Program-made: the position numbers and the translations under genes | In this document: positions 1 to 10,420 of the stretch, in pieces | How the letters are laid out: each line of letters begins with the position of its first letter | Position numbering within the stretch: position 1 is the first letter of the stretch | Notes under the pieces: model-generated | Databases searched by the model: none | What the model was told of the DNA's origin: nothing | What the model saw: the letters and a program-made list of their open reading frames with translations, nothing else | From: Aureliella sp. | Lineage (GTDB): Bacteria; Planctomycetota; Planctomycetia; Pirellulales; Pirellulaceae | Direction: 5' to 3' | Length of the DNA stretch: 64,000 nt | Assembly (NCBI GenBank): GCA_963691875.1 | Contig: OY829846.1 | Location: 1,504,001 to 1,568,000 of the forward strand

Positions 1-827
1 GGTTCTGCTAGCTCTATTCCCCATCAGCACCCTCAGGTGACTCCAGGGGCTTGGCGCGTCACTTGAAGCTGAACCGAATATTCTGGCAGTATAAAGTCCC
101 GCATCGCTCACATTCGACGGACGGGTGATTGCCTTACATCACAAAATCACCTTGCTTCGCGCACAACGGGCAGGCAGTTTGTTTCTTGCCCAGCAGCTAA
201 CCACATACCAGAGCTCCCGCAATTCCCAGTGGCACCGCTATATCCAAGCCAGTTGCTTGCAAGGCCTAACCGACTTGGCCACTCAAGAGGACGCTGGCAG
301 CAGTCAGGAGTAGGTCGAGCATAGCCAACTTGCACGGATACAAGAACCAAAGACGGAAAAGCATGAGGAAAACTCGTCGGGCTTAACTTTGGCAAAGCAC
401 TGAACTGGGCAAACGGGCCCTAGAATGCAATAGACCTGCGAAGCAATCAGCGGAGCACTACCGCAGCAAGCTGGTATCGCAATCTATTCCAAAGCAATTA
501 CGATCCAAGTGGCCTTGATAGGAACACATGTCAACTGAGTCCAACGCCGGGCTCGATAGAAAAACCTACTGTGGAACACATAGATTCTAAAACTACGCCA
601 AAAATAGAAACGACCTCGGAGAGTGGCGAGACGGCTGGAAAGTACGAGTGGAACTTCGTCGAAGTCGCCTCAGCTTCTAGCCGAGTCTCAATCGTCGGAA
701 ATTCATTGGTATTGGTGAAATTCATGCGTAACTTTCGCTTTTCGCAGAAAACTCAACCTGTACTCTAGCTACCCCGATGACCAGTTGTTTCGAGAGGCAT
801 TCTGAGGCAAATTGGTAGGTTCTCCAT

Positions 828-1008
828 TTTCGCGGACTTAGCGTGTTTCGCGGTGAAGATTCCAGGAGGGTGAACGACCGCGAAATAATCTAAATATACG
901 AAACTGAGATTTTGAAGCCTCAACTAGCGCTTCATGTCGGAGAGAACTTATCTGAACTTCGATAGTCTACGTTTCGAGCAACAGATGAGACACGGATGGA
1001 ATACGGAT
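828..1008. repeat. Imperfect inverted repeat with 9-nt internal periodicity, plus a nearby 11-nt-period tandem (REP-like element)
   Basis: Left arm tttcgcgga-cttagcgtg-tttcgcggt (828-854) is an approximate reverse complement of accgcgaaa-taatctaaa-tatacgaaa (877-903). acagat/acggat/acggat occur at 981, 992 and 1003. Confidence 0.55.
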
Positions 1009-1108
1009 TCGATTGGTGAGGCAAGAGGCTTGACGCCTAGCGGCAGGCACCGGCTTGTTCGGACCTAGCCCGACGTTGGCAAAGTTGGCCTCGAAGGAGA
1101 TTACACGA

Positions 1109-2248
1109 CTATCTTCGAAGGAAGATCTGCGATTTGGAAGGCTGGACGGCTGGGGGAGATGTAGGGCCCCAAGAGATCACTGCTACAGATTCTTCCCCGT
1201 CTACAACCAGTGGTGTTGGTGTTTTAGTCACTTGGCGAGAAGTATTCGGTACACTGTTTTGCAACTTTAGGGCGTCGTTTGGTTGCCTAGCCATGCGTCT
1301 TGACTTCAATTTCTGGGGAACGAAAACTGGTGGCAGGTACTCCGGTACTTGGGGTGACCGTGAAGTCTGAGACTTAGTGCCTGGCCTTTGCGAAGCTAGC
1401 GCTGATGAAGAGCGAGTGTTGGCGACTGGTTGACGATTGCCAATTGTCGTGACAATGCGGGCGAACGCATCGCGGGCTTCAGGTGTGATTGTCTTGAGTC
1501 GAGCGGCTAAGTTTTTCGCTCCGACCGGCGACTGTTCGCAAACGTGTGAGATTTGCCCGATGAACTTAGCGGTTTCGACAAAGTTGTAATCCGCAGTCTT
1601 ACCGATGAAGGGTGCAACACTTCTGGCGACGAGGTCTGCGCCGAAACTATCGAGTTTCATAAAGACGTCCATAGTACCGCGAACGCGATTGGCACCAGCG
1701 GCCCCCTGCACAGCCTGCGTTTTCAAGACGCAGACGCAGCTGCCGGTAACTTTGCGTGGAGAAAGTGAGCCGTCATAGCTGCCTTCGCCGTAGTAAATGT
1801 GAACACCTCGGCTGGCATAAATCAAGGTGCAACGGCAAATCGTGCCTGCTCCATCGTTGCCGACAAATGTCAAGTCGTTCACGCGTTTGGCGGTGACTTT
1901 GGTGATGCCCATGACTTGCCAGATATTCACCATGACTTCTGGGCGACGGACCATGAAGGTGAACAAATCTGGATCGCAGGCTATCTCTTCTGTTGGCATC
2001 CGGCGAAAGAAGCTCGGATTGTCAACGACGCCTTGAACCTGATTCACGACCGAACGTGGCATGCTCTTGTACGGGATCCGTCGCTGTGCATCGGTTCGAG
2101 CACTTCGGCCGGAACTACCTTCGCGCCGCGTTTCCTGAGCGGACAGAGAAAATGGTCCGAGGAGCGACAGCAGTATTGCTAGCCATGCGACGCGGCGGAG
2201 CAACGAGGGTGCGTAAGTCTTCCGCGCACTGAGCAGTCCAGTTTGCAT
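1109..2248 (-). CDS. Secreted hypothetical protein (globular core, low-complexity C-terminal tail)
   Basis: 379-aa ORF with a signal-peptide-like N-terminus (RRVAWLAILLSLLGPFSLSAQ) and a P/S/Q-rich tail. Confidence 0.8.
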   Translation of the reverse strand: MQTGLLSARKTYAPSLLRRVAWLAILLSLLGPFSLSAQETRREGSSGRSARTDAQRRIPYKSMPRSVVNQVQGVVDNPSFFRRMPTEEIACDPDLFTFMVRRPEVMVNIWQVMGITKVTAKRVNDLTFVGNDGAGTICRCTLIYASRGVHIYYGEGSYDGSLSPRKVTGSCVCVLKTQAVQGAAGANRVRGTMDVFMKLDSFGADLVARSVAPFIGKTADYNFVETAKFIGQISHVCEQSPVGAKNLAARLKTITPEARDAFARIVTTIGNRQPVANTRSSSALASQRPGTKSQTSRSPQVPEYLPPVFVPQKLKSRRMARQPNDALKLQNSVPNTSRQVTKTPTPLVVDGEESVAVISWGPTSPPAVQPSKSQIFLRR

Positions 2249-2510
2249 CGCTTCGCCTGTCGCCTGAGAATCCGCCCTAAATCCTTATGCAGCCATCGTG
2301 GCTGCCAGTCGCCGCCTAAGTCACCTAGCTTTGGCAACTTGCCAAATAAGCCAGGAGCATCGGCAGTCTCATGCGTTTCAGAGAGACTTGCTGTGCAATT
2401 TTTTGGCAGCGCCCTAGATCTGTATTCGGCGATCCTTCAACGCTTCGATAGCTCAACTGCCCAGCTCGCAGATTTGTTGCCGATCCCACGTATAGTGCCC
2501 CGGTTTTATC

Positions 2511-3500
2511 TTGACCTTGAGGCGAAAGGCTGAATCTGCGAAAAATCTGCGCAGAAAATTTGTCTACTTGAACGCAGTCAATGCGGCGATAGAGGACTTC
2601 TTTAGGTTGAATCAGAAACCCTTACAAATTCGTTTTCGCTCTCTGCCAACGCAAAGTGAAACGACATCCCAGCGAATAGGTGCGTCTACGTTACCTGCTC
2701 AGCGTTCGCTGATTGGCAAACTTGCAGAGCACTCGATTTTGTTCCTGCTTGGGTTGCTGACGACCTTCGTATCCTGGGAATACTTGCCATGGTCGTATTC
2801 CGAAGATCGCAATCCGCTTTCGGCCAGTTCAAGTTCCTCTCGCAATCAGTCTCAGTCTGCACAACCCGCGACGCCCTACTCCGATGAAGAAGATTTGGCT
2901 CCTGGTTTTCCAGAAATACTTCCGCCAGCGTTGCCCCAGCCGGAAGATTTTGAGGAGTATGAAAATCCTCTGAGAGCTCCTCGAGCCCTCGAAACGGACT
3001 CCCTGTCACCTATTACTTTCGATGCTCGAATTAAGAGCCGCGTTCTCCGCGGGGTAAAACCATCTGTGCGACGCAAGCCATTGCAGAACGCAAAGGCTTT
3101 CCCAATCTCAGATCGCCTTGAAGTCAAAGAAGCTGTGGTAGTGCGTCCCAAGAGGTCTATCTTAACAGCAATTCATTCGATGGATGGGGCTGACCCCGAA
3201 TCATCTCTGTCGGCTCGTTCCGAACTGGAACTGGTCAAGTATCTGAAGAGATATCCTCAGGAGACGCGTCGTGCCGCCATGGTCGAGCTTCAACTGCGAG
3301 GGTGGATACCAGCTCAGATCATGACAGCTATGGAATTGAGCCATGGAAGCGTCGAACGCAAGCTAGAGTTAATAGGCACTTTGGTCGAAGACAAAAATCT
3401 CAACGCCACCCCATGGCTGTCGTGGTTGGCCGACTCGGAAGACCGCATCATTCGCCAAAGAGCTCGCGAACTTCTTCAGGAGCCAAATGTTTCTCGCTAG
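2511..3500 (+). CDS. Membrane-anchored hypothetical protein with C-terminal HEAT-like helices
   Basis: 329-aa ORF with one TM (SILFLLGLLTTFVSW), an acidic/Pro linker and a C-terminal WLSWLADSEDRIIRQRARELL. Start is uncertain. Confidence 0.65.
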   Translation: MTLRRKAESAKNLRRKFVYLNAVNAAIEDFFRLNQKPLQIRFRSLPTQSETTSQRIGASTLPAQRSLIGKLAEHSILFLLGLLTTFVSWEYLPWSYSEDRNPLSASSSSSRNQSQSAQPATPYSDEEDLAPGFPEILPPALPQPEDFEEYENPLRAPRALETDSLSPITFDARIKSRVLRGVKPSVRRKPLQNAKAFPISDRLEVKEAVVVRPKRSILTAIHSMDGADPESSLSARSELELVKYLKRYPQETRRAAMVELQLRGWIPAQIMTAMELSHGSVERKLELIGTLVEDKNLNATPWLSWLADSEDRIIRQRARELLQEPNVSR

Positions 3501-4162
3501 CAAATTGTGCCGAGTATTCTGCATTCGATTCACTGCAGAAGCGCGCAAAGAGCCACTAAACCACAACTAGATTCTCATCTCGTTGGGCAGCCCAAAATTT
3601 TTTCTCGCCGACGGAGATTTTAGACAAATCGATGCACGGCGACCATCTAGAAAGATCTGTGTTAAACTGTTCGTGATATGCCAGTTGGAGCAGGACGATT
3701 AGAACTCATTCGACAGTCTGCTGAAGTCTGGGAGAATGCCGAGGTCGAGCATTGGTATCACTGGACCGATTCTTGCCAGGTTGCTTTGGAAGAGTTGCCT
3801 GCCTTCGAGAAACTGACAATGAAGCCCAGCATCTTTCGCAACTTACAACAACTTGGGCGTTTTCGCTAACTTCACCCGCTTGGTTGCAATGCGAGATATG
3901 CAGCTTGGGCAAGCAATTCTTGAGCCAGCTTTGAGCGGACCGACTTGGCTGCACCACATCACTCGCCCTTGGCACGACAACAACCTTGTCATGGGAGTGG
4001 CGGCATGGGGTGATTCCGGTTGGGCGATGAAAAAAGTGCTCAACCTATCGGAGAAACTTGTGGCGAAGGACGATGTTTATCTACTCCACGTATCTGTTCT
4101 CTCGTAAGCGATATCGAAAAGATTTTGCAGGCGACTTGTTTTGAATACTACGTTTTTTCGCC

Positions 4163-5998
4163 CTATCGATTGCGAATCGAAGCGACGACTTTCTCTGCAA
4201 TTTCTCCGCAGTTGATGACGTTGCCGCCGGTGATAATGTTCCCGTCTTGAACCACGATTGCATCGCGGTCACGAAGGAGTTCTTCGGTCCAATTTGCTCC
4301 GTAGGATGACTTTTCGGCCGCGCTCAAGTACCGGCAATTCGCGACGCGTTTGCCGTTTAGAATGCCGGCCCGCCCGAGCACCGAAGTTCCAGCACATACG
4401 GCGGCAATGGTCTTTTCTTGTTCGATCATCTCGCGGAGAAAGTCCTTCGCTATCACTCGATGAGTCGAATCGAAGGCGTACGCAGTCTCGAATGCATCCT
4501 TGCCATTCCAAGCACCCGTAAAGATAACAGCATCAATTTCACTGACCTGTAGTGTCGCTAGAGTCTCATTGATCTCAACGACTAGCGGTTCTGCGTCGGA
4601 TGAACTGCGATGCACAAAACGTACACTGCCAGTTTGTTCCGAAACGAACCGCACTAATAGTTTAGACTCGCTACGCAGTTTCTTTACGATTTGATGCACC
4701 TCTGGGTGAAAGGCACTCCTCGACGGCATGACAATGGCGACTCGAAGTTCGCTCCCGTCGGATCCGATTTGCAATGGCAGCCCCCACTTGCAAATGAACC
4801 AAACTGCTGCAGCAAGAAGCAAAACTAATCCAATGACAAATGCAACTCTCGAAAACTCATGTCGCAGATTGCCTGCTTCGCTGGTCACAGGATCCTTTTC
4901 GATCTGCTTCAAGGCTTCAATGATCACATCGTATGCTTGCGGTCGATCATCGGGCTCCTTGGCCATCATGGATTCAACCAAGCGAATCAATGCTGGTGGA
5001 ATTTCGGCAGGTTGGCTATTGAGAGAAGGCGGAGCGTGTTCAAGGTGCGCAGCCAGTTTTTCACCCACAGAGTGTTCGGTAAACGGTGCTGAGCCGACCA
5101 ACATGAAGTAGAGAGTGCAACCAAGGCTATAAATGTCGCTGCGTTCATCCGCACTTCGCGAATCTCGGATCTGTTCGGGAGCAATGTAGTCTGGTGTTCC
5201 GAATAGTTCTCCGTCGAGTGTAACAGCGTCGCCTGTTGACTCGTGCAGTAGCTTGGCAAGACCAAAGTCGGTCACCTTGATCTGCTCGTCTTTCAAAATG
5301 AGGACATTTTCGGGCTTCACATCACGATGAATCATCCCTTGTCCATGAGCATATTTTAGCGCCGTCGCAATCTGGATTCCGATTTGGCATATCGCTTCAA
5401 TTCCTAGATCACTGCGCTTATGGATATAGTCAGATAGCTTCTCTCCTTCGACCATCTCCATGACCAAGAGGAAATTTCCGCCGATCGGTTCCGCGTCATA
5501 ACTATGCACAATATTGGGATGATTCAGCTGAGCCGCTACAACGATTTCTTGCTGAAATCTCGCAAGAGCCCGATCGTTGTCCAGCCATTGCGGTCGCAGC
5601 ACTTTGATAGCAACCTCGCGATTCATCGTTGGCTGCAGCGCGTGGTAGACGTTCCCCATTCCTCCAGAGCCAAGCTTTCCAAGAACCTGATACCGCGGAT
5701 GTTGGGCTAAGACGCTGGGGATTCTCTCTTCCTTTTCTTGGACAACCGAAGCCGTATCCAGATTGAGAAGACGGGCACTCAACGTGTCCTTAGCCCCTAT
5801 TTGCTCGGAAATCTTTTCCAGCCTTTGCGAGCCTTCCGGTCCAGAATTCAAGTAAGTTTCGACTACCCTCTGCTTGCCAGCCTCCAGCTGCCCAAGCAGG
5901 AAATCGGCTAACTCGGTTTCAGTCGGAGGACTGTTTTCAGAGTTGTTGCTAGTGTCCATATGCGGCACGACAGTTTGTATCGCAGGTAGTTTCGTCAA
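4163..5998 (-). CDS. Transmembrane Ser/Thr protein kinase with a C-terminal DJ-1/PfpI domain
   Basis: Hanks motifs GSGGMG, AIK, HRDVKPEN, DFG and GTPDYIAPE. TM VAFVIGLVLLLAAAVWFI. C-terminal AVIFTGA...IAAVCAG...AGILNGKRVA...VVQDGNIITG. Confidence 0.92.
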   Translation of the reverse strand: MTKLPAIQTVVPHMDTSNNSENSPPTETELADFLLGQLEAGKQRVVETYLNSGPEGSQRLEKISEQIGAKDTLSARLLNLDTASVVQEKEERIPSVLAQHPRYQVLGKLGSGGMGNVYHALQPTMNREVAIKVLRPQWLDNDRALARFQQEIVVAAQLNHPNIVHSYDAEPIGGNFLLVMEMVEGEKLSDYIHKRSDLGIEAICQIGIQIATALKYAHGQGMIHRDVKPENVLILKDEQIKVTDFGLAKLLHESTGDAVTLDGELFGTPDYIAPEQIRDSRSADERSDIYSLGCTLYFMLVGSAPFTEHSVGEKLAAHLEHAPPSLNSQPAEIPPALIRLVESMMAKEPDDRPQAYDVIIEALKQIEKDPVTSEAGNLRHEFSRVAFVIGLVLLLAAAVWFICKWGLPLQIGSDGSELRVAIVMPSRSAFHPEVHQIVKKLRSESKLLVRFVSEQTGSVRFVHRSSSDAEPLVVEINETLATLQVSEIDAVIFTGAWNGKDAFETAYAFDSTHRVIAKDFLREMIEQEKTIAAVCAGTSVLGRAGILNGKRVANCRYLSAAEKSSYGANWTEELLRDRDAIVVQDGNIITGGNVINCGEIAEKVVASIRNR

Positions 5999-6579
5999 TC
6001 GAGGAGGTCTTTTCCGGCAAGTCTAAGTTTGTTCATGATTCGCGATTTGGCAATGAACACACTGTTGACGGTGATTCCCAGTTGCTGCGCGACCTCCTTT
6101 GCTGCAATCCCTTCGATGGCAACTCGCCGGAACGCTTCCCAGCTCTGCTGCTGAAAGTCGTCTTGGATCCGCTTAAGCAGTGATTTCAATACTTCTTGAT
6201 CATACTCTTCCTGCCAGATACGGCTCAGTTCGCTGCATTCGTCGGCCAGCTGTTCGAGTGATTCTTGAAAAGAGGAGTTCCCGGTGGCAATGGGCCGAAT
6301 CTTGTTCTCGCGCCAGAACTCAAGCAAACAATTCCTGGTAATCGATCGCAGCCAAGACCGAAAGGCTCCGGTGTTTCCAGAGTGCTTGAAGGCTCCCAGT
6401 TTGTTCGACACCACAAGCAACACAGACTGCGCGAGATCTTCAAGGTCATTGGCCGGAGTACCAAAACGAAGCAACCATTTTTCAATCAGCGGCTGGTACA
6501 ACTCAACCATAACCTCCCAAGAGCCTTGGTCCTCCCTGTTCTTCAGAAGATCTAAAAGGCTAAGAGAAGTTGATTGCAC
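5995..6579 (-). CDS. ECF RNA polymerase sigma-70 factor (kinase-associated type)
   Basis: Region 2 (DLEDLAQSVL...FRSWLRSITRN) and region 4 (EVAQQLGITVNSVFIAKSRIMNKLR). N-terminal STSLSLL..W. The stop overlaps the kinase start by 4 nt. Confidence 0.92.
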   Translation of the reverse strand: MQSTSLSLLDLLKNREDQGSWEVMVELYQPLIEKWLLRFGTPANDLEDLAQSVLLVVSNKLGAFKHSGNTGAFRSWLRSITRNCLLEFWRENKIRPIATGNSSFQESLEQLADECSELSRIWQEEYDQEVLKSLLKRIQDDFQQQSWEAFRRVAIEGIAAKEVAQQLGITVNSVFIAKSRIMNKLRLAGKDLLD

Positions 6580-6690
6580 AATTCACCTGCAAGCTATTGA
6601 AAACCCAATTTTGGATTCTAATCTCTGCGAGCAAATAATTCTGCACCTGCCGTCGTGTTTAAGTTGACCAACTAAATGAGAGCGAAAGAT

Positions 6691-7467
6691 CTATATGCGG
6701 CGTCGCCTCATGCCGATCCCGACCAGACTGCAAAGCATGACGACAAAACTACTAGGCTCAGGGACAGCAAGAGACGAAGCGTCGAGTCGAACGTTGTCAA
6801 AGTCGACTTCGAGATCGGGTGAGGTAGCTTGAGTGAATCCTATTGGGATGTTGTTCAGATTGACGAGGCGAATCCCTAGGTTCTGTCCAAGCAGAGCATG
6901 ATTTGCCATGGTATCAAACTGAATGGTCGAGGTCTCAAACTCCCCTTCGGCAATGTTGAGCAAGTCGTTGTCGCTAGCGATAACTTGGCCACCTGCCAAC
7001 AAGTCGATGCGGTACCCGGGAAATTCGTCCAGGTTGAAGAAGGCACCGTTTGTCGCGAATCCAGATGCGATGTTTCCGACATCGACAGAAAGCGTGTAGG
7101 ACATATTGGCTTGAAGAGTTTCGCCAAGTGTTTGTTCAAACCCGTATTCGCCGTCTCCTTCGCGGGAACTATTGAAAAGAATCGAGACACGCGCGCCTTC
7201 CGGGGCTGTTGTGTTAAAGAATTCGGTGCCATTGGGTAGCAAAGTTCCAGTGAATACGCCTGCACTCGGCACGATTCCGTTCGGGTCATACAGATCCCAA
7301 CCCGTTGGCGTACCAAAAGTAAACTCATTGAAAACGCTCTGCCCTGACAGGTCTTCGAATCCGTAATTCGATACCGTCACAAGATCTGCGTGAGCGGGTT
7401 TTGATGAGTTAACTGCCGACAGCGTGAGGAGAATGGCGGTCGCTTGGAGAAGATAAGATCGAGACAT
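6691..7467 (-). CDS. PEP-CTERM sorting domain protein
   Basis: Signal peptide ending AHA. C-terminal VPEPSS followed by a hydrophobic helix and RRRRI. ATG at 7467 preferred. Confidence 0.92.
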   Translation of the reverse strand: MSRSYLLQATAILLTLSAVNSSKPAHADLVTVSNYGFEDLSGQSVFNEFTFGTPTGWDLYDPNGIVPSAGVFTGTLLPNGTEFFNTTAPEGARVSILFNSSREGDGEYGFEQTLGETLQANMSYTLSVDVGNIASGFATNGAFFNLDEFPGYRIDLLAGGQVIASDNDLLNIAEGEFETSTIQFDTMANHALLGQNLGIRLVNLNNIPIGFTQATSPDLEVDFDNVRLDASSLAVPEPSSFVVMLCSLVGIGMRRRRI

Positions 7468-7965
7468 ACCGAGTACTTTCAAGAGAGAAACGTGCGAGAC
7501 AGTATCAAATGAGGAATCTGTCGTGTTTCTTTCAGCGATTTTCAGAAAATCTCAACATCCTGATTCTTGGAAGCCAACTGCGCATTTTCGGCACATCTTG
7601 TCACAGCTGCATCTGCGGGAAATCCACTAACGACACTGCGTCGATAGGCCCAGTTGATCACCCAATCTTTCTTGGCGATATCCGTGTTCGGTAGCGACGA
7701 TGAGGCTTGATGCGCATACGTCGAACGTCTTGACGGTCTGCGTCCCAGCAACTGGCGATGTAGAGGTCGTTGTAATTGATAACTTCGGTGTGAAATACGG
7801 CTTCGGCTTGAACATTGAGAGACGCTAAGCAATGGGGATATTAGCCAGCAATTCCAGTGTTTTCCTCTGAATCCTGACATTTTCGCACGGAATACCTGGC
7901 ACCAGGTCACTAACAGATAGAGGGTCACTTTGCCCGCTCTCCCGTTTTTTCTCATCTGGTGCCGC

Positions 7966-10173
7966 ATGCGTCTTACTTTGCGAACTCTTCTTGCCTACCG
8001 TGACGGAGTCCTCAGCCCACTGGATGCGGAGGACATTAGCCGCCGCATCCACCAGAGTGAGGATGCAGCGAATCTGCTGAAGCGAATCGAAGCCTTAGCG
8101 GCTCAACCTGAAAAAGCTTCGGCAACAGTTGTCGGCAAAGGGCTTGGCGGAGACCCCAATTCTCTGGCCGAATACTTGGATGACATTCTGGCTTCGGAAA
8201 GCATTCCAGAGCTGGAAAAGACCTGCCTGCAGTCGAACGAGCGACTTGCTGAATTGGCGGGCTGCCACAGCCTACTTTCGAGTGCAATGAATAAGCGAGT
8301 GGATGTACCCGAGACGTTGCGCGAGACTGCACTCAAACTTGGATCTGCGGAACAGCGCAAGAACATTGAAGCTGAGCTCAAGAAGCGTCGTAAGAATTAT
8401 CGTGATGCTGGGACTCAGCCCACAAATAAAGAGGAGAGCCAAAAATCAGAAATCGTCGTTCAGTCGCCGATGCTCGCTTCCTCTGGAGATTCGATCAAAG
8501 AAGAAGGTCTGGATCTCGAGGGGGCCTCGTTGGCTCAAGAAGTTCCGGAGTATCTGCAGGGCTCGTCTGAGGCAAACTGGAAGCTACCCGTTGCAATCTG
8601 TGCTGTCTTTACTTTGTTGGCAGTTCTCCTGTGGCAAGCACTTGGACCGGTTGATTCTGTACTCGAGATGTTTGCAAGCAAGGAGCAAAAACCGACACCG
8701 GAGCTGGTCGACAAGGAAGTCGGTGCTAGTTCTGAGCCAACACAAGGTGACCAGCCTCGCGATACGACATCACCAGATTCTGCCCCGAGCGATGCCCGTG
8801 GTTCGACGGTCGATGCCGCGAAACCAGCAAAGTCGCCCAGAACTCCTGCCAGTAATGAAACCGCGAATATCGAAACACCAAGGCAGGGCGTGAGCCCCGA
8901 AAAAGCATTGCCCGCATACGATCCACCTAAGGACACAGCAGACAAAGTAGCTGCAGACAATGGTGATTCCTCACCTTCCCCAACTCCCACCGAGCCGCCG
9001 GCAGATGCCGCTTTAATTTGGGGTGGAAACAAGCAGTCTTCTCAGGGAGTGCTACTAGTCCGAGCTGACGGCAAAAGGTTGGAGCAATCCAGATATGGAG
9101 CTGGAATACTGGATGGGCAGGAGTTCGTGCTTGCACCCTTTAGTCATTTGAATCTTGTCGGCCAGGACGTGAATTGGGAAATTGTTGGTCCCATGCTTGG
9201 TGAGGCGAGCAAGAGCGGTTTGAACCTCAAACTTGGGAGGTCGCTTTTGTCTGCCGCTCAACCAGGTGCTGAGGTTGAGCTTGAGTCTGCACTCGGAAAA
9301 GTAAAAATCAAGTTTGTTGACGCGAACAGCAAAGCAGCCGTCGAAATGGCGTTCCGCCGGAGCAAGCATGGTTCCCTGTTTGAGACAGATGTACTGAGGC
9401 CGGTATTTCTCGTCACCGCCGTCGACGGGACATTGGAAGTCACAGAAAGTGACTCGGGAGTCATGTACAATCTGGGATTCACGAAGGGGATTGCTGTCAT
9501 TGGTGATTCGCAGGGCAAGCGAGAAGTCAAGAACTTTCAACTGCACCAAATACCGGATTGGTATCGAATGTCTCTGCCGCGCGCCATCGATCGCGAAGCA
9601 CTGCTGGAGCTCGAACAAGATCTTGTGCTTGATCCGACGCGAAACGAAAAAACCCTTCAACAGGTGCTTCAACGTTTGACCAAGAGTAGACGTCCTGAAG
9701 AAGCAGCACTCGCGATTCAACTTCTAATGCTGCAAGGAGATTGGTCTGGTTTGGCTCATCCCCGCTGCTTAGCGAATCCGCAGATGAGTATCCATTGGCA
9801 AAACATCATTGATTTACTCGGGCCTGCGATAGCGTTGAATCCGATCAAAGCTAAGCAACTTGAACCGGCTTTGGTGAATGCTTTTCCAGATGGCAAGCTC
9901 GTTTACAAACAGCTTTTCGGACTAGACGAGAAAAGTGTGACGGGTAATCGCGCTGGAATGTCTGAGCTCATCGAGCAGCTCAAGTCAAACCGTCTCGCCA
10001 ACCGTGCGACGGCGTTTCTGGAACTTTATCGGCTGACTGGCGAGAAACATAGCTTCCAACCTCAAGAGCCAAACCATGCTAGCGTTTTAACCTGGCGTCG
10101 AGAATTCAGTGCAAACCGACTGCCACTGCTGGATCCGCAGGCTTTGGTTTGGGAAGCGGAAAAGCCCCAATAA
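7966..10173 (+). CDS. Single-pass membrane protein with a duplicated anti-sigma-like N-terminus and a large periplasmic region
   Basis: Repeats LLAYRDGVLSP and LAEYLDDILAS, TM PVAICAVFTLLAVLLW, a Pro/Thr linker, then a beta-rich region and a helical C-terminus. Confidence 0.75.
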   Translation: MRLTLRTLLAYRDGVLSPLDAEDISRRIHQSEDAANLLKRIEALAAQPEKASATVVGKGLGGDPNSLAEYLDDILASESIPELEKTCLQSNERLAELAGCHSLLSSAMNKRVDVPETLRETALKLGSAEQRKNIEAELKKRRKNYRDAGTQPTNKEESQKSEIVVQSPMLASSGDSIKEEGLDLEGASLAQEVPEYLQGSSEANWKLPVAICAVFTLLAVLLWQALGPVDSVLEMFASKEQKPTPELVDKEVGASSEPTQGDQPRDTTSPDSAPSDARGSTVDAAKPAKSPRTPASNETANIETPRQGVSPEKALPAYDPPKDTADKVAADNGDSSPSPTPTEPPADAALIWGGNKQSSQGVLLVRADGKRLEQSRYGAGILDGQEFVLAPFSHLNLVGQDVNWEIVGPMLGEASKSGLNLKLGRSLLSAAQPGAEVELESALGKVKIKFVDANSKAAVEMAFRRSKHGSLFETDVLRPVFLVTAVDGTLEVTESDSGVMYNLGFTKGIAVIGDSQGKREVKNFQLHQIPDWYRMSLPRAIDREALLELEQDLVLDPTRNEKTLQQVLQRLTKSRRPEEAALAIQLLMLQGDWSGLAHPRCLANPQMSIHWQNIIDLLGPAIALNPIKAKQLEPALVNAFPDGKLVYKQLFGLDEKSVTGNRAGMSELIEQLKSNRLANRATAFLELYRLTGEKHSFQPQEPNHASVLTWRREFSANRLPLLDPQALVWEAEKPQ

Positions 10174-10420
10174 GTCCAAGAGTCGTTTTTTGTGCCTGAA
10201 CTTTTTGAAGAAAAATCGGCAATCGCGGGAGCAGGCACCGCAAACAGAATCGTCAAAATCAAGATTCACTTGCGCTCAGCAAACTCCTAGAATGCCGGGG
10301 CTGTCTGTGCCCCAAGTGGATGGAGTGCTCAGGCACAGCATATCCCTCTATTGCTCCGGCATGCTGGCAATTCTGATGCTAGCTAGCTCCGGACAAATGT
10401 CGTTTCAAGGAGTGAACGTC

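Noticed and set aside
1..780. Short ORFs at the window start (e.g. 531-725 minus)
   Set aside because: Stops in all frames and no recognisable product. Possibly decayed coding sequence.
3678..4107. Two short overlapping + ORFs as a gene or LRR remnant
   Set aside because: No convincing family motif. It may be a pseudogene fragment but this cannot be supported.
7540..7830. Possible frameshifted gene fragment on the minus strand between the PEP-CTERM gene and the 7966 gene
   Set aside because: Short, with no start context or recognisable homology.
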